Positions 1 to 11,744 of a stretch of DNA of 64,000 nt are shown here, piece by piece. This stretch comes from an uncultured Planctomycetota bacterium (GTDB lineage Bacteria > Planctomycetota > Planctomycetia > Isosphaerales > Isosphaeraceae). The notes under the pieces were generated by a model, which saw only the letters and a list, made by a program, of their open reading frames with translations, did not search any database and was not told where the DNA came from. Location: positions 64,001 through 128,000 of the forward strand of contig CAWGMQ010000012.1 of the NCBI GenBank assembly GCA_963823665.1, in the 5' to 3' direction. The position numbers and the translations under genes are program-made. Position 1 is the first letter of the stretch. Each line of letters starts with the position of its first letter.

Positions 1-2
1 CG

Positions 3-134
3 AAGAGCGGTGCACCGGCGCTGGAGGCGGCGTACGCCCGGCACTACGTGGCGACGGACCGGCTGAAGAAAGGCGACGGCGATCAAGCTCGTGGCGAGCA
101 TCTTCGCGTCGAACGTGGTCCAGGATCGCTCTGA
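3..134 (+). CDS. 3' end of a hypothetical protein entering from the left edge (KSGAPALEAAYARHYVATDRLKK...)
   Basis: Frame 3 is open from the window edge to TGA at 132-134 with GC-rich coding-like codons. It is too short to assign. Confidence 0.3.
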   Translation, partial: KSGAPALEAAYARHYVATDRLKKGDGDQARGEHLRVERGPGSL

Positions 135-400
135 CCCAAGGCACCCATCGCGAAGCCGAGGTGGTGAAGAGCGCCGGCGTGGAGATCGGTGATTGACAAT
201 GAGGTCAGGCGTCCGCCGAGGTTCGACGAGTTCCTGTCATCACGAGAAACCAACAACGCGGCCGCCCTCGCCGAAGCGGCGCATCTCGTTTCCATGATTA
301 AAATTCCGGGAATGTTGGAAGAAAAGGCCGTCCGGACGACATGATAAGGACGAGCCTTGTACGCGAGGATGAGATTGGACGCCGGTAAAGGATCATCACA

Positions 401-2611
401 ATGTCGATGCTAAGAAGATGCGCGGGCGACGCCAGCCTTGCAATGCTGTTCCGCTTCGGCGCAACCGGTGCCCTCAGCGACCTTGAGCTGCTGGCGCGGT
501 TTACCGCCAAGAACGACCGCGACGTATCCGAGGCGGCCTTTGCCGCGCTCGTCGCGCGACATGGCCGGATGGTCCAAGGGGTCTGCCGGCGGATCCTCGG
601 TGACGATCACGACACGGATGACGCTTTCCAGGCGACGTTTCTGATCCTGGCTCGCAAGGCCACGTCGGTGCGAGTGGAGGATTCGCTGGGACGCTGGCTG
701 CACGGGGTCAGCGTGCGAGTCGCTCGCCGCGCAAGGGCGATTGCCATCGCGCACCGTCGCCGTGCCCAGCCGCTCGACCGGATCGATCCGTCCGATGTTC
801 CCAGCGCGTCGAACGCCATGGAACGCGAAGAGTTCCGGTCGGTAATCGATGACGAGATCGCGCGGTTGCCGGCGCGATATCGTTCGGTCATCGTCCTTTG
901 CTGCTTGGAAGGGGCTAGCGACGAGATGGCGGCGCACCGGCTCCGTTGCCCGGTCGGAACGATCCACAGCCGGCTGCACCGTGCCCGTGAACGATTGCGC
1001 ATCCGGCTCAAAAGTCGCGGGCTTACCCTCGGCGTCGGCACGCTCGCGGCGCTCGCCGATCGATCGTCTCCCGCGGCGGCCATTTCTCGAGGACTGGTGT
1101 CATCCACGGCCAATGCCGCGGTGGGTCTTGTATCTGGCAAATCAACTGCCGGGATTGTTCCGGCCACCGCCCTCGCGCTGGCGGATTCTGCACACAACAG
1201 CATGTTCTTGATGCGTGCGGCACTCGTGGCTGCGTCGGCCCTCATTGTCTTCGAACTCGCCGCGCCTGGTCTGGGCGCTCGAGCGCTGCAGAATCAAGTT
1301 CCAACGCCCGAGACCGGCACGTCGCCAAGGGCGAACGGCGATTCATCGAGCCGTAAGCCCGCGCCGAAAACCGCGACTCTCGAAGAACGCTATCATGCAC
1401 TTGAGAAGGAATTCGAGGCGAAGAATAACGCTTACACGAATGAATATCGACGGTTGACAGCGAGCGCCACGAGTATCGACGACCACCGCAAGGCCGCCCA
1501 GCAGATCAAGTTTCCCCCTCCGGACTACCTCGCCTACACCATGCGGTTCCTGGCGCTGGCGCGGGAACAACCCGATCATCCGGCCGCGGGTGATGCCGCG
1601 TATTATGCCCACCAGATTGTTTTCAAGGTGGAGCAGTTGCACCCTCTCCCGGAAGATCGAGACAGCAAAGCCTACTGGGCCAAATACTGGCAACCCTACG
1701 TCCTTGCTCTCACTCTGCTGCGCGAGCATCACGCTGCCAGCCCCAAGATGGCGGGGTACCTCCAGCAGATCGGTCTTTTTGCGGGCCCTGAGACCGAGGC
1801 TCTGTTTCGAGCCGTCCTGGCCAAGAACCCGTCGCAGACGGCGAGAGGACACGCCCTGCAAGGGCTGGCGCACGCCCTTGCCGTCAAGTCCCAGACCGCC
1901 CAGTCGCTGCTGGAACACCCTGAAACGAAGAAGGAGCTGGAGGTCCGTGGTGGCGATCGAGTCATCCGTTGGGCCGTCGGGCAAGACGCAGCCGCTCTGA
2001 TGGTCGAGGCAACGGCGTTGCACGAGCGAGTTCTCAAGGAGTTTTCGGACGTTCGCTTGTTTCCCGATTATCCCAATGACAAGAAAACCATCGCCCGGAC
2101 GTCTCAAGATTGGCTGGCGAACCATCGCCAATCCGTCGTTGGCACTCCGGCCCCGGAGATCGACGGGACCGACCTTGACGGCAAACGTTTCAAGCTGAGC
2201 GACTTCCGCGGCAAGACCGTCGTCCTCGTCTTCTGGGCAAGCTGGTGTGGCCCATGCTTGCAAGAAATCCCCCACGAGAAAGAGCTGGCCAGGCGATTTG
2301 AAGGCAAGCCGTTCGTGATCCTCGGAGTCAACCGCGACTACACCAAGGAAAGAGCCAGGGCCGTGGTGGAGAAGGTGCAGATTACGTGGCCCAACTGGTA
2401 TGACGGCGACGACAGTGGTCAGGATGGGATCGCCGCCTCGTACCATATCCAGGAAATCCCGGCGGTTTACGTGCTTGATGGAGACGGGATCATCCGATTC
2501 AAGGACGTGCGGGGCGAGGCACTGGATCGAGCGGTCGAGGAAGTCTTGAAGAGACCGGCAGCGCCGACACGGGATGCGCGGAACGCGATTCGGGGGCCGC
2601 GATCGCGTTGA
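401..2611 (+). CDS. ECF sigma-70 factor with a membrane-anchored C-terminal extension ending in a TlpA/redoxin thioredoxin domain
   Basis: Region 2 (AFAALVARHGRMV...DDAFQATFLIL) and region 4 (LPARYRSVIVLCCLEG...GTIHSRLHRAR). A hydrophobic segment lies near aa 270-292. The C-terminus has APEIDGTDLDGK...VLVFWASWCGPC. Confidence 0.92.
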   Translation: MSMLRRCAGDASLAMLFRFGATGALSDLELLARFTAKNDRDVSEAAFAALVARHGRMVQGVCRRILGDDHDTDDAFQATFLILARKATSVRVEDSLGRWLHGVSVRVARRARAIAIAHRRRAQPLDRIDPSDVPSASNAMEREEFRSVIDDEIARLPARYRSVIVLCCLEGASDEMAAHRLRCPVGTIHSRLHRARERLRIRLKSRGLTLGVGTLAALADRSSPAAAISRGLVSSTANAAVGLVSGKSTAGIVPATALALADSAHNSMFLMRAALVAASALIVFELAAPGLGARALQNQVPTPETGTSPRANGDSSSRKPAPKTATLEERYHALEKEFEAKNNAYTNEYRRLTASATSIDDHRKAAQQIKFPPPDYLAYTMRFLALAREQPDHPAAGDAAYYAHQIVFKVEQLHPLPEDRDSKAYWAKYWQPYVLALTLLREHHAASPKMAGYLQQIGLFAGPETEALFRAVLAKNPSQTARGHALQGLAHALAVKSQTAQSLLEHPETKKELEVRGGDRVIRWAVGQDAAALMVEATALHERVLKEFSDVRLFPDYPNDKKTIARTSQDWLANHRQSVVGTPAPEIDGTDLDGKRFKLSDFRGKTVVLVFWASWCGPCLQEIPHEKELARRFEGKPFVILGVNRDYTKERARAVVEKVQITWPNWYDGDDSGQDGIAASYHIQEIPAVYVLDGDGIIRFKDVRGEALDRAVEEVLKRPAAPTRDARNAIRGPRSR

Positions 2612-2823
2612 TCGTTGCATCCGTTGCAAGCCGGATAAAAATCCCAGGTTTTCTGGTCGACGAAATGGCCGAAACAGGAAAGTGGATCCATAATATACAT
2701 AGCTCAGTCTCGATCGCTGACACCGGAGTCGGCGTGAGGCACCACCCATGTCTCTGGAACCGGGAATGACTGCTTCGTTTGCTCGAGCGCGTGCTCGAAG
2801 GACTCGGCTCGGCCTGGCCACGC

Positions 2824-2943
2824 CTGTGCAGTGGGCAAAACGCGGCCGGACTGCGCTTGTAAACGGGTGGCGAGTCGTGGGTGGCGGGTGGCGGGAGGCT
2901 GTGCAGTGGGAAAAACGGGGCCGGACTGCGTGTGTAAAGGGGG
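2824..2943 (+). repeat. Two imperfect ~44 bp direct repeats (CTGTGCAGTGGG.AAAACG.GGCCGGACTGCG..TGTAAA.GGG) separated by GGTGGCG-type short repeats
   Basis: Copies start at 2824 and 2899. Each has internal GCAGT/ACTGC inverted arms. Confidence 0.75.
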
Positions 2944-3237
2944 ATTGGTGCGCGACGAAATCCCCCCGAATTCTGAGCTGTGCCGGGCGTGGACAGGTCT
3001 GGACCACGGCCCGGGTGAGTTTTCACCTGTTGGGCCGCGGGATCACGGAGCGGGATTGGTGGCGTTATCCTCTTTGGCTATCAGGATTTCCGTGCTGGTC
3101 CAGGGCGTTCCGGCCAGCCATCGGACGGGGCTCAAGAAATCAAGCCAGATGAGACTTTTTCAGGGTCAAGAGTCCCATCTAGTTCCATTTAGGGCGCTCG
3201 ATGGAGAGCGGATCGCAGTGACCGGCGCTGCCGGGCG

Positions 3238-3396
3238 CTGTTCCCGTAATCCTTGTGGCGTAAGGGTGCGCGGCGAATGTACAAAACGACGTCCGGCCTG
3301 GTTCAAGCGCCGCTACCAGTCAGACCGGCACAAACCGGAGCTGTTCCCTTAATCCTTGTGGCGTAAAGACACGCGACAAATCTACAAAACGAACTC
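3238..3396 (+). repeat. Two imperfect ~56 bp direct repeats (CTGTTCCC.TAATCCTTGTGGCGTAA...TACAAAACGA); a third copy is on the minus strand at ~29249-29304
   Basis: Direct comparison of 3238-3294, 3341-3396 and the reverse complement of 29249-29304. Confidence 0.75.
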
Positions 3397-3508
3397 GCCC
3401 CGGGGCGGAGGCCGAAAGAAGGACGCTCATGCCGGCACTGTCGGGCTGGGGTGGTCAGGCTCAAGCCTGACCTACACATACGAGCTTGCTCCGGTCGCGG
3501 TCGTCGCG

Positions 3509-3580
3509 TTCCAGGGGCTGACGCACCGTGGCTACGTGCTCTCGCCCCCTCCGGGGGCCGAAAACGTAAGGTCGCGGGTT
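3509..3580 (-). repeat. REP-like palindromic element, family A (GCCCCCGGAGGGGGCGA...GTAGCCA.GGTGCGTCAGCCCCTGGAA)
   Basis: The reverse complement closely matches 28900-28972. It contains two hairpins and a GTAG tetranucleotide. Confidence 0.8.
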
Positions 3581-3779
3581 TGTCGAAGCGATCGTTCTCG
3601 TCACGCCTCGACACGCTCTCGACACGCCATCGACACGCACTTAACCTCTGTTTTGAGAAGCGGTTCTGGCGAAAAACGGGCGAAAATCGTGAACATTGTG
3701 AAACATCCTCGACACGCGTAAGTCTTTGCGCAGGAAGGATATGACGAGAATGCGGCGATTTTCGTGGTTTGGTTCTTTT

Positions 3780-5408
3780 TTATACGCCCTTTTGTTCGTC
3801 ATTCATGGACGTGGTGCCCAGGATTTCCATTGCGGCATTGCGGCCGTTGATGGCGATCACACTGCCGCCGGGGTAGGTGCAGGCGCCGCACAGGAAGAGG
3901 CCAGGCATCGGGGTGCGCGGGGCGAAGCGGCGGTCCCACATGTTGCCGGGGAGGCATTCGCCCTGGAAGATGTGGCCGCCCGAAAGGCCTACTTCACGCT
4001 CGATATCGGGCGGGCCCAGGACCTGGGCGTCGATCACGGCTTCCGGGATGTTCTCGCAGAAACGAGCGATCGAGCGGATGGCCAGGTCGCGCACTTCATC
4101 CCGGTGAGTGTTCCAATCGCCGAGGGCAAACGTGTGGGGGACGTACTGGGCGAAGACGCTCATGGTGTGGATGCCGGGCGGGGCCACGGTCGAGTCGTGG
4201 GCGGTTTGAAAATAAAGCTCGCACCAGAGCCGCTCGGGCAGGCGGCCGGCGCGGGCGGCCTCGTAGCCGGATTGCCATTGGGCCTTCGAGAGGGGCGTGT
4301 TGATTTGCCCGAGGTGGTGCGGCATGCGGGTTCCGGGGCGAGCCTTGAAGCTGGGCAGCTCCTTGAGCGCCAGGTTCAGCTTCACGGTGCAGCCGGTTTG
4401 GGGGATTTCCAGCACGCGGTCTCGCCATTTCTGGTCGGCGGCGTCGCCGAGCATTGCGAGGGTCGTCCGCGGATCGGCATTCGAGACGACGCACGATGCC
4501 GAAACTCGCTCGCCGCCGGCGAGCTCGACGCCGGCGCCAGGGATGATGCGGGCGACCGGGATGCCGGTGTGCACAACGGCGCCCGAGTTGCGCGCGATGT
4601 CGCAGAGAATGAAAGAAACCATACCCATCCCGCCCTGGACGTAGCCCCACATTCCGGGGGTTCCCCCCTGCCGGCCCGACTGGTGGTGAAAGTGGATCGA
4701 GGCCGTCCCGGGATCGTGGGGGCTGGCGAAAGTGCCGATGACGCCCTGGCCCAGATAGGCTGACTGGAGGCGGAGGTCTGAGAGGAAATGCTCCACGTAT
4801 TCGACCATCGACCAATTGAAGAGCACGTTGCGAGCTTCGTCGTCGTTTCCCAGCCGGCGCTCGAGCTCGGCGCGGCTGGGGGCGCGGCCGATCCAGAGAT
4901 CGTCTCGACCGGAGGGGCGAAGGGCGTCGCGGAGCCGGCGCTTGACGTCGCTGAAGGCTCGCCAGCCTTTCAGGTCGCCGGGCGCGAGCTTTGCGACTTC
5001 AGCATCGCAGAGGGCGTCGTCGTCCCAGAGCTGGATGCTCGAGCCGTCATCAAAGGGAACGAACATGCCGGCAGTGGCCGGGGTCCAGCGGAAGCCGTAG
5101 TCGGCCATCGCGAGCTCGTCGATCACCAGCGGGTGCAACAGCCCGGCCAGATAGGCGCAGGGGGAGATCCGATGGCCTGGCCAGACTTCATGCAAGGTGC
5201 AGGCGCCGCCGACTCGCTCACGGGCTTCGAGGACGAGCACTGATTTGCCGGCGCGGGCCAGGTAGGCGGCGCACGCCAATCCGTTGTGACCGGCGCCAAT
5301 AACGAGCACATCCCATTTCTTCTGGAGGGTTTCCCTGACCGTGCCGGTTGGCTCGAGCTTTCCCAGATTCGCCGCTGCGGGGATGTGACCGTTCTTCGTC
5401 GTCTGCAT
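3780..5408 (-). CDS. Phytoene dehydrogenase-like NAD(P)/FAD-dependent oxidoreductase (PYROXD2-like)
   Basis: WDVLVIGAGHNGLACAAYLARAG..VLVLEARERVGGA Rossmann motif; WGYVQGGMG; C-terminal TPMPGLFLCGACTYPGGSVIAINGRNAA. Confidence 0.92.
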   Translation of the reverse strand: MQTTKNGHIPAAANLGKLEPTGTVRETLQKKWDVLVIGAGHNGLACAAYLARAGKSVLVLEARERVGGACTLHEVWPGHRISPCAYLAGLLHPLVIDELAMADYGFRWTPATAGMFVPFDDGSSIQLWDDDALCDAEVAKLAPGDLKGWRAFSDVKRRLRDALRPSGRDDLWIGRAPSRAELERRLGNDDEARNVLFNWSMVEYVEHFLSDLRLQSAYLGQGVIGTFASPHDPGTASIHFHHQSGRQGGTPGMWGYVQGGMGMVSFILCDIARNSGAVVHTGIPVARIIPGAGVELAGGERVSASCVVSNADPRTTLAMLGDAADQKWRDRVLEIPQTGCTVKLNLALKELPSFKARPGTRMPHHLGQINTPLSKAQWQSGYEAARAGRLPERLWCELYFQTAHDSTVAPPGIHTMSVFAQYVPHTFALGDWNTHRDEVRDLAIRSIARFCENIPEAVIDAQVLGPPDIEREVGLSGGHIFQGECLPGNMWDRRFAPRTPMPGLFLCGACTYPGGSVIAINGRNAAMEILGTTSMNDEQKGV

Positions 5409-5539
5409 CGTGGCTGCTCCGTTCTTCCGCAGTGCTTCGCGCCAACGCGGCGGGCGTTGATTGTATCTTGCCGCATGGGGACGTCATAATCGAGTTTGCG
5501 GGTCGCGGCCGATCCACGTGAATCAAGAGGCGCAGAGCG

Positions 5540-6578
5540 ATGGCGATAGCCGGTGCGGTGGTGAGTCGAGTATCCGACCTGGTCGACGGCCAGGAGGCGG
5601 TCTGCTTCGCGGCGCTGGTGCGGAAGTCGCGAGGGGTGACGAAGTCGAACAAGCCTTACCTCAAGTGTGTCTTTCGCGACAAGCGGGCCGAGGTGGAAGC
5701 GGCACTCTGGCACGACAGCCGGTGCTATCAGGACGCGGATTCATGGGTCGAGGGCAACGCGTACCGGCTGCATGTGCAATGCCGGCACGACGTGCGATTC
5801 GGTCTCCAGCTCGACATCCTGTCGGCCCGTCCGGCGACCGATGCCGACGCGGCCGACGGCTACGACTTTTTCGACCTGGTGCCCAGCAGCAAGATTCCGC
5901 CGGAAGAGCTTCTGGAGAAGCTCGACGTGCTGATCGATCGCTCGATCGACAGAAGGGCCGCTCAAGACCATGGTGCGCAACATCCTTGCGGAGAACCACG
6001 CGCTCTTCGTGCGGATGCCGGCAGCCCAGAACATGCACCATTCATACACGTCGGGCCTGCTCGAGCACGTCTGGAGCATGACGAGGATCGCCAGCTTCCT
6101 GGCGGACCATTACGCCAAGTACTATGACGGTCTCGATCCGCCGCTGAACCGCGGCTTGATTGTCGCGGCCGCGATTCTGCACGATATCGGCAAGCTGCGC
6201 GAGCTGGAGTATCATCCGGTCGAGGCGAAGTACACCAAGGAAGGGACATTGATCGGGCACGTGCTGATGGGCCGCGACATGGTGCGAGAAGCGGCGGCGA
6301 AGATCGACGGGTTTCCGGAAGAGCTGCTGCTGTGCCTGGAGCACGCGATCCTGGCACATCACGGCAAGCGGGAATTCGGTGCTCCGGTACCCCCGGCCAC
6401 GCTGGAGGCGCTGATTGTTTCGTTCGTCGACGATCTGGATGCCAAGGTCAATATGGTGGCGCAGAAGCTGATGGATCCGCAGAATGGCGAGGCGTTCACG
6501 GACAAGATCTTTGCGCTCGATAATCGCAAGTTTTACCGCGGGATATCCGAGGACGGACCGGGCGAAGCGGTGCGCTAA
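5540..6578 (+). CDS. yhaM: YhaM/Cbf1-family 3'-5' exonuclease (OB fold + HD domain), with a frameshift near 5951
   Basis: The OB-fold part (TKSNKPYLKCVFRD) is in ORF 5540 and the HD part (PAAQNMHHSYTSGLLEH, ILHDIGK, HHG, DDLDAK) is in ORF 5970. Removing one A at ~5951 joins them. Confidence 0.82.
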
Positions 6579-6698
6579 GCGGCTTTCCTCCAAACGGGTT
6601 CCAAGCAGCCTTGGCGGCTCGGACGTGGGGTGGGTAGAATTGGGGTCGCCGTTGGGAGAGCGTTTTTGTTTGCTTAAACATTTCGCGAGCGACCTGCG

Positions 6699-7235
6699 AT
6701 GAACATCAAGACGAAATCATTCGGTGCGATTGTGATACTGGGTTCCCTGGTGGGATGTGCCGGCGACGAAGGCACGTCACCGTCAGCGGCCGAGCCGAGC
6801 CCGGGGCAGAGTCCGGTCCGGAAGCCGGGCCCGATGGTCAAGAAGAATGACGAACCGGCCGCAAAGCCGGGCGATGGCAAGATGGAGGCACCGAGCGCGG
6901 TCCCGACTGCTGCTCCGGCCCCCAAGGCGAACGAGGCCCCGAAGATCGAGGGGCCGAGCAAGACCGATACCTCCAAGCCGGCCGGCTCGGGCGTGAAGCT
7001 CTGCGCCAAGGAACTTGCGGACATCAAGGAACTGCCCCAAGCTGATCAGGACGCGGCTATCGCGCAGGCTGTTTGCCCGGTGAGCACCCACCACCTGGGG
7101 TCGATGGGCAAGCCGATGAAGGTCACGGCGGAGGGCCGAACATTCTACATCTGCTGTGACGGTTGCGAGGAAGATGTCAAGACAAAGGGCAAGGAGATTG
7201 TGGCCAAGCTCGACAAGCAGAAGGCAGGCGACTGA
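6699..7235 (+). CDS. Lipoprotein with a C-terminal YHS/TRASH-like metal-binding domain
   Basis: Lipobox LVGC, a Pro/Ala/Lys-rich linker, then QAVCPVS..LGSMGKP.KV...GRTFYICCDGC. Confidence 0.8.
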   Translation: MNIKTKSFGAIVILGSLVGCAGDEGTSPSAAEPSPGQSPVRKPGPMVKKNDEPAAKPGDGKMEAPSAVPTAAPAPKANEAPKIEGPSKTDTSKPAGSGVKLCAKELADIKELPQADQDAAIAQAVCPVSTHHLGSMGKPMKVTAEGRTFYICCDGCEEDVKTKGKEIVAKLDKQKAGD

Positions 7236-7263
7236 CCACAGTTTTGCGAGGCTGATAAGATAT

Positions 7264-7296
7264 GCGGCCCCCGAGACGATGTCTCGCCGGGGCCGC
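7264..7296 (+). terminator. GC-rich hairpin after the lipoprotein gene (weak U-tract)
   Basis: GCGGCCCC-CGAGAC-gat-GTCTCG-cc-GGGGCCGC. Confidence 0.4.
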
Positions 7297-7520
7297 TCGT
7301 ATTTAGCCGGCTGCCCAGCCCTGGAAGATCCGTTCTTCACACGATATACTTTTCCCCAACGTGAACCGGGAAGGATCGTGCACCCCCAAGGATTCCCGGG
7401 GCACCGGCCTGCGGCCAATCCAGGATCGGCGTCTCTCCCACGCTACGTCCAGATCGAATCTGCATTCCGTGTGTGAAGCTTGAACTACTCATCCGTCGTT
7501 GCGTGCATTGGAGAATCCTC

Positions 7521-9707
<2,187 letters not shown>

Positions 9708-9750
9708 AGCGATTGCGCTCGGATGAAGTTCGGGGCAGCAGATGCCGGGA

Positions 9751-9779
9751 CGCACTTTCGCGGAGCGAAAGGCGACTAT
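9751..9779 (-). repeat. REP-like hairpin, family C (ATAG-TCGC-CTTTCGC-TCC-GCGAAAG)
   Basis: Perfect 7-bp stem with a TCC loop, the same geometry as family B. Only one copy is seen in the window. Confidence 0.5.
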
Positions 9780-10764
9780 GAGAACGCCGCCTGTGGATTC
9801 TCGGCCAAGCTGCTGCCCCAATCGATTCCTGGCGATCTTGCTTGAGGCACGGGCGCATCCGGTCATCATTGCCCATCGCGGCGATTCGTTCCGGGCGCCT
9901 GAGAACACTCTCGAGGCCGCAGAACTGGGCTTTCAATCCGGCGCAGCGGCGTGGGAGCTTGACGTTCAGCTCACGCGCGACGGCGTGCCGGTTGTTCTGC
10001 ATGATGAGTCGCTGCTGCGAACGACCGACGTTGCCGAACGGTTCGCCGGTGATCCCCGGGCCGGCGATGGCTTTCGAGTTTCGGATTTCGATTTCGACGA
10101 GGTTCGATCGCTCGACGCGGGCTCATGGTTTATTTCCGCGCGGGGCGGTCCGCGGTCCGCTCGCGAGTTCGGCAGCTTGGGGCAGATCAAGCCTTCCCAC
10201 CTGAGTCGATACGTCTCGGGAGGAGTCAAGATCCCCACGCTTGCCGAGGCATTGGCGTTCACGCGAGAACACGATTGGCTTGTCAACGTGGAGATCAAGT
10301 CGTTTCCGGAACGGCCGCGGTCGTCGGTCGAGCCGATCTTGCGGGTCATCGCCGAGACCGAAACTGCCTCTCGCGTGTTGATTTCTTCGTTTGATCATCG
10401 CGACGTCGCCGCTGCGAACGTGGCAGGACGAGCATATGCTCTCGGCATCCTGGCCATGACTCCGCTCCATCAGGTCTTGCGTTACACCCGCGAGCTCGTC
10501 GGTGCCGAGACGGTCCACGTGTCGACGGATGTCGTCGGTTGCGAGACGGTTGAGTATCGAACGCGTCGCTCGCCGGTTTCGCTCGAGGGGGAGCTGGTCG
10601 CAGAGCTCTCTCGCGGCGGGGTGCCGACTCTGGTGTATACCGTGAACGATAAGGGACCGGGGAGCCTTGCGGAAGACCTCGCGGCCATCGGCGTTGCGGG
10701 GCTTTTCACGGATGATCCTATGGGGCTGGCCACGAGCTTTTCATCGCGGCTGCCGACGGCGTGA
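9778..10764 (+). CDS. Glycerophosphodiester phosphodiesterase (GDPD); the start could be 9742
   Basis: IIAHRG...PENT...ELDVQLTRDG.PVVLHD..L.RTTD; NVEIK; ISSFD; GLFTDDP. Confidence 0.92.
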   Translation: MRTPPVDSRPSCCPNRFLAILLEARAHPVIIAHRGDSFRAPENTLEAAELGFQSGAAAWELDVQLTRDGVPVVLHDESLLRTTDVAERFAGDPRAGDGFRVSDFDFDEVRSLDAGSWFISARGGPRSAREFGSLGQIKPSHLSRYVSGGVKIPTLAEALAFTREHDWLVNVEIKSFPERPRSSVEPILRVIAETETASRVLISSFDHRDVAAANVAGRAYALGILAMTPLHQVLRYTRELVGAETVHVSTDVVGCETVEYRTRRSPVSLEGELVAELSRGGVPTLVYTVNDKGPGSLAEDLAAIGVAGLFTDDPMGLATSFSSRLPTA

Positions 10765-11734
10765 TCGGCCTCGGGGCGGACGAAGCGGCCGGCTCGATCA
10801 CTCGTGGCAGTCCAAGGGCGTCGGAAATGGCGTTCATCTGGCTCCTCACCGGACGCCACTTCGCCTCAAGGCCAGCATGCCGTGGCAGATTCAGCAGCCG
10901 GCCTTCGGCTCGCCACAGGTTGCGCCGGGCATCGCGAAATGAAATCCGAGTTTCTTCGACCGACGGGTCGAGGGAAAGCAGCCGGCAGAATCTCTGGAGG
11001 CGTTCGAGCGTGCCGGCGAGATCCGCGATCAGGGCATCGTGCTCGGGGCGGCCGTGGCCGGCAGCACCGAGTGTGGCGATCAGGTCGACCAGCAGGTTGG
11101 CGGCGATTTGCGCCTGGCGACGGAGGGAAGCGGGGCTGGCCAAAGCCTGGGCAGGCGGAGCCTGGCTCGAGGCGTTCGATTCCAGTGTTTCCACGAGCGA
11201 ATCGACGTGTCCGAGGAGCCGCGAGAAAGACTGGAGATCGGATGCCGCGCGACCGGAAAGGCCCGGGAGGACGCCGAGGGTCGACTGGACGCGGCGATGG
11301 CCGGCGCTCACGGCGGCGAGCAGGTCGCGCACTCGCTCGAGGCTCTCGAAGTCGTCCAGCGGAGCATTATTCACGTAATCGTAAAACGCCTGAGAATCGT
11401 TCCAGAGCGCCGTGATCTCTTGATCGAGCTCTTCGCCGCCCTGGCTGTCGGGCAGGTCGGCGCGCACGTTGACCAGCATCGAGATCGCGTTGAGGACGGC
11501 CAGACGTGCAAGTCGTGGAAGGTCGTCGGGGAGATATTCACCGGTTTGTGCGAGCCTGCTCAGCACGTTGGTTTCGACCGAGTCGCTGGCCGGCGCCTGC
11601 AAGGCCGGGAGGCGGTGCTGCATACCATCCTGAGCACGGGACGCGGGCGAGCCCGCGAGCACGATTAGCACCGCAATCGCCGGGATGAGGGTCCGGCGCT
11701 TTCTGCCCATGGAATTCGCGCGGGTCGTGGTCAT
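10718..11734 (-). CDS. Hypothetical secreted alpha-helical protein
   Basis: Signal-peptide-like N-terminus (RKRRTLIPAIAVLIVLAGSPASRA). It follows the M28 peptidase gene directly and overlaps the GDPD 3' end. Confidence 0.65.
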   Translation of the reverse strand: MTTTRANSMGRKRRTLIPAIAVLIVLAGSPASRAQDGMQHRLPALQAPASDSVETNVLSRLAQTGEYLPDDLPRLARLAVLNAISMLVNVRADLPDSQGGEELDQEITALWNDSQAFYDYVNNAPLDDFESLERVRDLLAAVSAGHRRVQSTLGVLPGLSGRAASDLQSFSRLLGHVDSLVETLESNASSQAPPAQALASPASLRRQAQIAANLLVDLIATLGAAGHGRPEHDALIADLAGTLERLQRFCRLLSLDPSVEETRISFRDARRNLWRAEGRLLNLPRHAGLEAKWRPVRSQMNAISDALGLPRVIEPAASSAPRPITPSAAAMKSSWPAP

Positions 11735-11744
11735 GTCCGTCAAT

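Noticed and set aside
2824..3396. Repeat pairs as a CRISPR array
   Set aside because: Only two divergent copies of each, irregular spacing and no cas genes.
7327..7377. Hairpin upstream of glnA as a glutamine riboswitch
   Set aside because: It has CGTTC...GGAAG but lacks the third helix and the GGAAGUA/GAAG junctions of the glnA motif. cmscan would be needed.
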